Origin: Hyphomicrobiaceae bacterium
GTDB lineage: Bacteria; Pseudomonadota; Alphaproteobacteria; Rhizobiales; Hyphomicrobiaceae
Assembly: GCA_049278815.1 (NCBI GenBank)
Contig: JBAPMW010000230.1
Location: 1-30,690 of the forward strand
Length of the DNA: 30,690 bases
Direction: 5' to 3'
Below, piece after piece: positions 25,936 to 30,690 of the stretch. Below the pieces are notes generated by a model that saw only the letters and a list, made by a program, of their open reading frames with translations, did no database searches and was not told where the DNA came from. A program made the position numbers and the translations under genes. Position 1 is the stretch's first letter. Each line of letters starts with the position of its first letter.

Positions 25936-26316
25936 TCAGTGCCGCCACTTTTTACGTGGGGACACCGCGCCGGTCCTGGCGCGTCTGTCGAGCTCGGTCG
26001 CAAGCGCGATGGACCGCTGAATAAGCGGGCGGATCTCCGGGATGATGGCGCGCAGGCGCACGACCTCGACGCGCTCGGCGTCGGTGATCGCGTCCTGCTG
26101 CCAGCGCGTGAGCTGCTGTGAATGAACGGCGAGCCGATCAAGGGCTTCCTTTGCTTCCCGAAGAGGGACCTCGGCAATCGACGGGGGGAGCGTTGCGTCT
26201 CGATCTGCAAGGAGCTTTTTCATCCGCGCGATGTCGGCCTTGAGGCTGCGTTCTGCTCCGTCGATGTCCCTGCGGGTCTCTGGCAGCGCGGAGATAGGCA
26301 GGAATGCTGGGGGCAT
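25936..26316 (-). CDS. Hypothetical protein (126 aa, helical)
   Basis: Starts 13 nt after the cold-shock gene stop on the same strand; no recognisable motif. Confidence 0.5.
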   Translation of the reverse strand: MPPAFLPISALPETRRDIDGAERSLKADIARMKKLLADRDATLPPSIAEVPLREAKEALDRLAVHSQQLTRWQQDAITDAERVEVVRLRAIIPEIRPLIQRSIALATELDRRARTGAVSPRKKWRH

Positions 26317-26329
26317 GGCTCGCTCGCGG

Positions 26330-26971
26330 CTAGTCGAGCAAAGTGACGGCTGTAGCCTCGCGGCCCTTTTGGGTCTTCACCACCTTCATCGCAAGCCGCT
26401 GCCCCTCGTTCAAACCGCTCAGCCCGGCCCGTTCGACGATGGAGACGTGGACGAACACATCCTTTCCTCCATCCTCGCAGACCACGAAGCCGAACCCCTT
26501 GCCGGGATTGAACCACTTCACCGTACCTTCGACGTCGACGGCGGTCGCCGGATCGGGGCGCTCGCGGCGGTCGGACGACGGGCGTGGCGAGGGTCGCGCG
26601 GGCGGACGAGGCGTCCCACCGGTACTCGCATCGACCGAAAGAACCGCCGTGACCTGGCGGCCCTTCTGCCCCTGCCCGACCTGCACGCTCAGCTTGGTTT
26701 CCGGCTCGACGGATTCGCGTCCGGCCGCTTGCAGCACGGCCACGTGAAGAAAGGCGTCGCCGGAACCGTCGGCCAGCTCAACGAACCCGAAGCCCTTGTC
26801 GGGAGCGAACCACTTGACAACGGCATCGACGGCCGGGCCGCTTGGGGCGGCAGCCTCCCGTGGCGCTCGTTGGAAGGACCGCTGCGGCCGCTCCTCGCGC
26901 GCCGGAGGCGGTGTGTAAAAGTCATCGTCAAAGCCGCGGCGTCGCGGACCCCGGTCTCGACCCTTTCCCAT
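26330..26971 (-). CDS. Cold-shock protein with two CSD domains
   Basis: VKWFAPDKGFGFV...DAFLH and GTVKWFNPGKGFGFV...KDVFVH; N-terminus MGKGRDRGPRRRGFDDD typical of the rhizobial double-CSD form. Confidence 0.93.
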   Translation of the reverse strand: MGKGRDRGPRRRGFDDDFYTPPPAREERPQRSFQRAPREAAAPSGPAVDAVVKWFAPDKGFGFVELADGSGDAFLHVAVLQAAGRESVEPETKLSVQVGQGQKGRQVTAVLSVDASTGGTPRPPARPSPRPSSDRRERPDPATAVDVEGTVKWFNPGKGFGFVVCEDGGKDVFVHVSIVERAGLSGLNEGQRLAMKVVKTQKGREATAVTLLD

Positions 26972-27074
26972 GTGGTAGTAACCTGCTTGCTTGCCTGACG
27001 GTCGCCAAAGCTGTGTGTCGCTTACCGTGAGGATTTATGCTTGGGAAGCTCGGACCGCAAGATCCATGGTCTCT

Positions 27075-27170
27075 GCGCTGGGCCTTCTCACGGCAAAACG
27101 GTGTTGCAGCGTGTCAAACGCCGCGGGCTCGAAGCCGTCCACGTCACGCGCGGCCGGCAAAAAGGACTCC
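27075..27170 (+). pseudogene. Probable C-terminal remnant of a large serine recombinase
   Basis: TVLQRVKRRGLEAVHVTRGRQKGL from 27098, with frameshifted ALG..SRQ upstream. It resembles the C-terminal HTH tail (LGVSRQTVLQRVKRGELEAVHV.RGR.KGLRI) recalled for recombinase-family proteins and ends at the tRNA CCA. Confidence 0.5.
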
Positions 27171-27171
27171 A

Positions 27172-27258
27172 TGGTGCGGGTGGCCGGAATCGAACCGGCA
27201 CTCCGGTGAGGGAACAGGTTTTTGAGACCTGCGCGTCTACCAGTTCCGCCACACCCGC
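27172..27258 (-). tRNA. tRNA-Leu (anticodon CAA)
   Basis: Reverse complement GCGGGTGTGGCGGAACTGGTAGACGCGCAGGTCTCAAAAACCTG...GGTTCGATTCCGGCCACCCGCACCA; anticodon arm CAGGT-CTCAAAA-ACCTG; long variable arm; CCA; 87 nt. Confidence 0.97.
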
Positions 27259-27503
27259 ATGCTGGGGCTGGGGGTTGTTGCGCTCTTGCAGCCACTGGCA
27301 AGGCCTTACCGCGCCAGGCATGCTCTTGCAATAGCCGACGCCGCGCTGGCCGCGAGCTTCGATCTCAAGGATCGTCTCGTTGGTATCGAAGGGTGACGAT
27401 TTCCTGGTAGAGGTGCTGTCGGCGCAATGGATTGCGAATCGCCTCCCGCGGAGCGTCAGCCCAAGGCGGAGAGCCGGGGGAGCGTGTCCGTCAAGCGTGC
27501 TCG

Positions 27504-27535
27504 CGCTTGCACCTCGCTTGCACCTCGCTTGCACC
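27504..27535. repeat. 11-bp tandem repeat (CGCTTGCACCT, about 3 copies)
   Basis: CGCTTGCACCT CGCTTGCACCT CGCTTGCACC read directly, 52 bp upstream of the mutT ATG. Confidence 0.9.
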
Positions 27536-27587
27536 CGGGCCCGGAATGCCGCACATGAGCGGCGGTCCGTATCGGAGACGCGCACCC

Positions 27588-28004
27588 ATGGCCCAAGCTA
27601 CGGCCCCACCCCTCCTCCTCGTCGCCGCCTGCGCGCTGGTCGATGCCGACGGGCGGGTGCTGCTGGCCAGGCGGCCGCCGGGCAAGCCGCTGGCGGGGCT
27701 GTGGGAGCTCCCCGGCGGCAAGATCGAGCCGGGGGAGACGCCGGAGGCCGCGCTCATCCGCGAGCTCAAGGAGGAGCTCGACATCGACGTGGCGGCCAGG
27801 TGCCTGGCGCCGCTCACCTTCGCCAGCCACACCTATCCTGAGTTCCACCTCCTCATGCCGCTGTTCGTCTGCCGCAACTGGGAAGGCGCGATCGCCCCCC
27901 AGCAGGGCCAGCAGCTCGCCTGGGTGCGCGCGCAAAAGCTCGCCGACTACGCCATGCCCCCGGCCGACGAGCCGCTGAAGGCGGCGCTGCGGGATTTGCT
28001 GTAG
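27588..28004 (+). CDS. mutT: 8-oxo-dGTP diphosphatase (Nudix)
   Basis: LLVAACALVDADGRVLLARRPPGK, Nudix box GGKIEPGETPEAALIRELKEEL, PLTFASHTY, FHLLMPLF and MPPADEPL. Confidence 0.9.
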   Translation: MAQATAPPLLLVAACALVDADGRVLLARRPPGKPLAGLWELPGGKIEPGETPEAALIRELKEELDIDVAARCLAPLTFASHTYPEFHLLMPLFVCRNWEGAIAPQQGQQLAWVRAQKLADYAMPPADEPLKAALRDLL

Positions 28005-28199
28005 GGGGGGTGGAGGACGGGCGACGTTGCGGTAGGTCGGGCTTGTCCGGAGAGGCGCCGGCCGGTGACCTGGAGGAAGGGCGGCACGCGTTGACATGGG
28101 CGTTCGGGGCACTGGCTCGTCTCTAAACCCCGACCGAGCCGGGCTCCGCGACAGGTAGGCGTCATCGACTACGTCCGCTCGTTGGGGTATCGCGTCGAT

Positions 28200-28949
28200 T
28201 CAAGCCGTACTGTCGGTTCCTTCGTGGATGAACCGGTGGGTCCAGGCAAGCAAGTCCGGCATGTCGAAGGTGCGGACCTCGTCCTCGTACGAGACCTGCA
28301 GTTCGCCGGACGAGGACACTCGGCGCCGTTCATTCCGGAAGTTCTCGAACTCGATGAATGCGTTGTCGGCGTATTCGAGATTCCGCAGCTCCTGCATGAG
28401 CTGGTCCGCTGAGGCGATGCCCAAGTCCGGGCCGATACTGCCCGTGTCGGTTCTCGGGTTGTCAAACCGCATCCGGACCCAGGGCGACGGTGGCCGCTGG
28501 AGGTTCGCCGCGTCGAGCATGTAGTCGAACCTGTAGGTCGCCTCCTCCTGTGTCTCCAGACCCGAAAACTCGCAGCGGTAGGCCGGGAAGACCGCGTAAG
28601 TGACCTCGTTGAGGTCGGGGCGGTCGAACTCCTGGTAGCGGTGGACAGCCGGGATGACCGCGGCGACGCTGTCGAACGGGGTCGCCGACGGCGAGGTGAA
28701 CCCCTCCAGGACGGCGAATGGCGCGGCGGCCAGGACTGCCTCGCTGCGGGCGCGGGCGAAGGCCAGGACGGTGACCACCAAGTCGAGGTCCAAGACATCG
28801 CGGCAGTTGAGCTGCATCGCATGGCCGCCTTCGGCGGTCAGTGCGAGGGCGAAGTAGAACCTTCCGGCCGACCAAGTCCAGCAGCCGTCCAGCCCGGCTA
28901 CTGGCCTGACACCGGGAAACGCCTTCACGACACCAGCGATGTCGACCAT
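28200..28949 (-). CDS. Hypothetical protein (249 aa)
   Basis: GGAG RBS before the ATG, GC3-biased codons, globular acidic composition; no motif recognised. Confidence 0.7.
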   Translation of the reverse strand: MVDIAGVVKAFPGVRPVAGLDGCWTWSAGRFYFALALTAEGGHAMQLNCRDVLDLDLVVTVLAFARARSEAVLAAAPFAVLEGFTSPSATPFDSVAAVIPAVHRYQEFDRPDLNEVTYAVFPAYRCEFSGLETQEEATYRFDYMLDAANLQRPPSPWVRMRFDNPRTDTGSIGPDLGIASADQLMQELRNLEYADNAFIEFENFRNERRRVSSSGELQVSYEDEVRTFDMPDLLAWTHRFIHEGTDSTA

Positions 28950-29154
28950 GACACTCCACGAGTCAAGCGTATGGATGCGCTAGCAATATTGAGCCGGCCG
29001 CACACAGTAAACGTGGCGGCGGAAAGGTGTAGCACCACGGCTGCTGTCAGTAGGGCTGACGTCTTCGACCACGGTGTAATCGCTGCTGGCGCCACGTTGC
29101 CACCCCAAATCCGTATAAACTTCCTCCTCGTCGGTCACGTTTTCGGATAGCCCC

Positions 29155-30213
29155 ATGAAACTCCTGGTCGATGTCGCCAAGCTCGAGGCAGACGGTACGA
29201 TAACGCCCCAGCAGGCGGTCCAGATGCGTCGCGCGGCGGCCGCTGATACGGGTACGCTGGCAATCAACGTGATAGCTACCATCGGCGCATTCGCCGTCGT
29301 CGCCGGCCTGCTGGCAATGCGTCCCACCAGCGTCCAGGTGGCCGTCATCGGTCTGGGCCTCACGTTCGCGGGAGCGCTGATCCGCAAGTTCCGCCATACG
29401 CAGCTTGGTTTCCTCGGCTCTTCATTGATCGTGATCGGCGCCGTCCTTCTGGCCGCCGGGCTCATCCTCAAGTGCTCGGGCCTGGCGCCGCGCGCATCGA
29501 GCTTCCTGTTCACCTGCCCCGCGACGCCGAAGTGGTACGGGCATATGGTGCTATTCCTGGTCGCCTCGGCGTGGCTGCTGGCGGTCGGGGCTTTGGCCCA
29601 GAACGGGCTGCTGGTCGTGCTCTCCGCCTTCGCGCTGGCCGGCGCGCTTGGCAGCAGCACCGGCTACTGGCATGCGAGCTACGGTCTGCTCGTGCGCGAG
29701 TCGACCGTCACCATCGTCGTGTTTGGGCTGTTGGGCGCACTGGCGAGCTATCTGTCGATGCGGATGCTCAAGGAGCCCTACGCGCGTCTCGCACGCCTTT
29801 TCGCGCTGATGGCGCTGCTGTGGGTGAACTTCGGCTTCTGGGTCGGCTCGCTTTGGGGCGACTATCCTCTTGAGGCTTGGATGGCCCCGGACGTCATGTC
29901 GCCGCCCTATAGCAGGGAAGCCTGGGACGCGCTGAGGACCTGGAAGGCCGAGGCGTTCTTCATTTCGCGGGATGTGTTCTCGATTGTGTGGGCGCTTGCT
30001 CTGGCCGGCGTTGGTGCCTGGGGCGCGATGCACAGTCGGCGCGGCGCGGTGAACATGGCAGCCACTTTCGGCGGCATCCATTTCTACACCCAGTGGTTCG
30101 AGCGCCTGCGGGCGACGCCGGAGATGGTGATCGCCGCTGGCATCATCGCCGTAGCCATCGCATTTGCGCTGTGGCGGTACAATCAGCGGCAAAGTACGCC
30201 GCCAGCGGTCTGA
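29155..30213 (+). CDS. Conserved polytopic membrane protein (possibly DUF2157-related N-terminus)
   Basis: 352 aa with many TM segments; STGYWHASY, VNFGFWVGSLWGD and FGGIHFYTQWFERL blocks. Confidence 0.78.
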   Translation: MKLLVDVAKLEADGTITPQQAVQMRRAAAADTGTLAINVIATIGAFAVVAGLLAMRPTSVQVAVIGLGLTFAGALIRKFRHTQLGFLGSSLIVIGAVLLAAGLILKCSGLAPRASSFLFTCPATPKWYGHMVLFLVASAWLLAVGALAQNGLLVVLSAFALAGALGSSTGYWHASYGLLVRESTVTIVVFGLLGALASYLSMRMLKEPYARLARLFALMALLWVNFGFWVGSLWGDYPLEAWMAPDVMSPPYSREAWDALRTWKAEAFFISRDVFSIVWALALAGVGAWGAMHSRRGAVNMAATFGGIHFYTQWFERLRATPEMVIAAGIIAVAIAFALWRYNQRQSTPPAV

Positions 30214-30523
30214 GTGGGTGTGTTCCAGTGCAACAAGCCCTGTCGCCGCAAGGTGCACAAGGGGTTCCTGTGCGTTCTGCTCCACGGTGGGCAGATTGCC
30301 GCTCCGCACGAGTCAGGATATGGCACGTCGCGGGCAGGCACCTGACAGACACTTTCGGATGGCTCCGACGGTCGCCAGGGCATGCTACCGCAGCGCCTGA
30401 CCCGCCTATACAGAGCACGAAGTCGCTTCGCGACGGCCCGCGTGCGCGGGAAGGAAGACAGAGGTGCCAGCACCAGCGGGCTCGCTGACGAGTTGAGGTG
30501 ACGGATCGGGGATCCCGCCTTGA

Positions 30524-30690
30524 GGTCGCCTGCTGCTTCTCGGTCATCTCGCAGGCCTTGCCGACAGGCGCGCCTTCAAGCGCTTCCTCGGCCCGGTCAG
30601 GCACAGCAAATGGATCGTCTACTGCAAGGCGCCGTTCGCGGGGCCGGAGGCGTGCTGCGCTACCTGGCGCGCTACACGCACGGCGTCGCC
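30524..30690 (+). mobile_element. IS91-family (Y2) transposase internal fragment, frameshifted, running off the window
   Basis: GRLLLLGHLAGLADRRAFKRFLGPVRHSKWIVYCKAPFAGPEA / one base missing / VLRYLARYTHGVA, containing the YxxxY catalytic motif. No N-terminus upstream. Confidence 0.8.

Noticed and set aside
29116..29141. TAAAC-N17-CGTT as an ECF promoter for the membrane protein
   Set aside because: The -35 deviates from GGAAC; too weak to call without conservation data.
30455..30525. CTGACGAG with flanking hairpins resembling a hammerhead or glmS ribozyme core
   Set aside because: No GAAA after the putative stem II and no glmS TATCGA...TCGGCGG pseudoknot elements. An Infernal/Rfam scan would settle it.
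1..30690. CRISPR array, rRNA, or att-site duplications of the tRNA 3' ends
   Set aside because: No regularly spaced repeat-spacer pattern, rRNA-like sequence or duplicated tRNA end found by eye.

Overview
High-GC alphaproteobacterial (Hyphomicrobiales-like) chromosomal window. It holds three intact minus-strand tRNAs (Leu-CAG, Thr-UGU, Leu-CAA), each with a different plus-strand mobile-element relic at its 3' end. Left part: an SLC13/TrkA-C permease with an EcfG-type promoter, then a collapsed lipid-biosynthesis cluster (glycosyltransferase stub, KDSR-like SDR stub, alpha-oxoamine synthase pseudogene with a reconstructable 64-bp internal inversion, FabD-like acyltransferase, FabZ-like dehydratase joined to an SDR tail), a TAXI-TRAP transporter and a MerR/CDF metal-efflux pair with its operator. 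The centre (11.2-25.9 kb) is a periplasmic Cys-type formate dehydrogenase locus (fdhABC) with many poorly understood accessory genes: WD40-cytochrome c fusion, HdrA/MvhD-like polyferredoxin, a biotin-ligase-fold protein lacking the catalytic motifs, four DUF genes, a Cro-HTH/TorD fusion, a small Tat protein, a frameshifted DUF2325-like gene and an HTH/molybdate-binding regulator. Right part: double cold-shock protein, mutT, two hypothetical genes and an IS91 fragment. All family assignments come from motifs recognised by eye and from memory; no searches were run.
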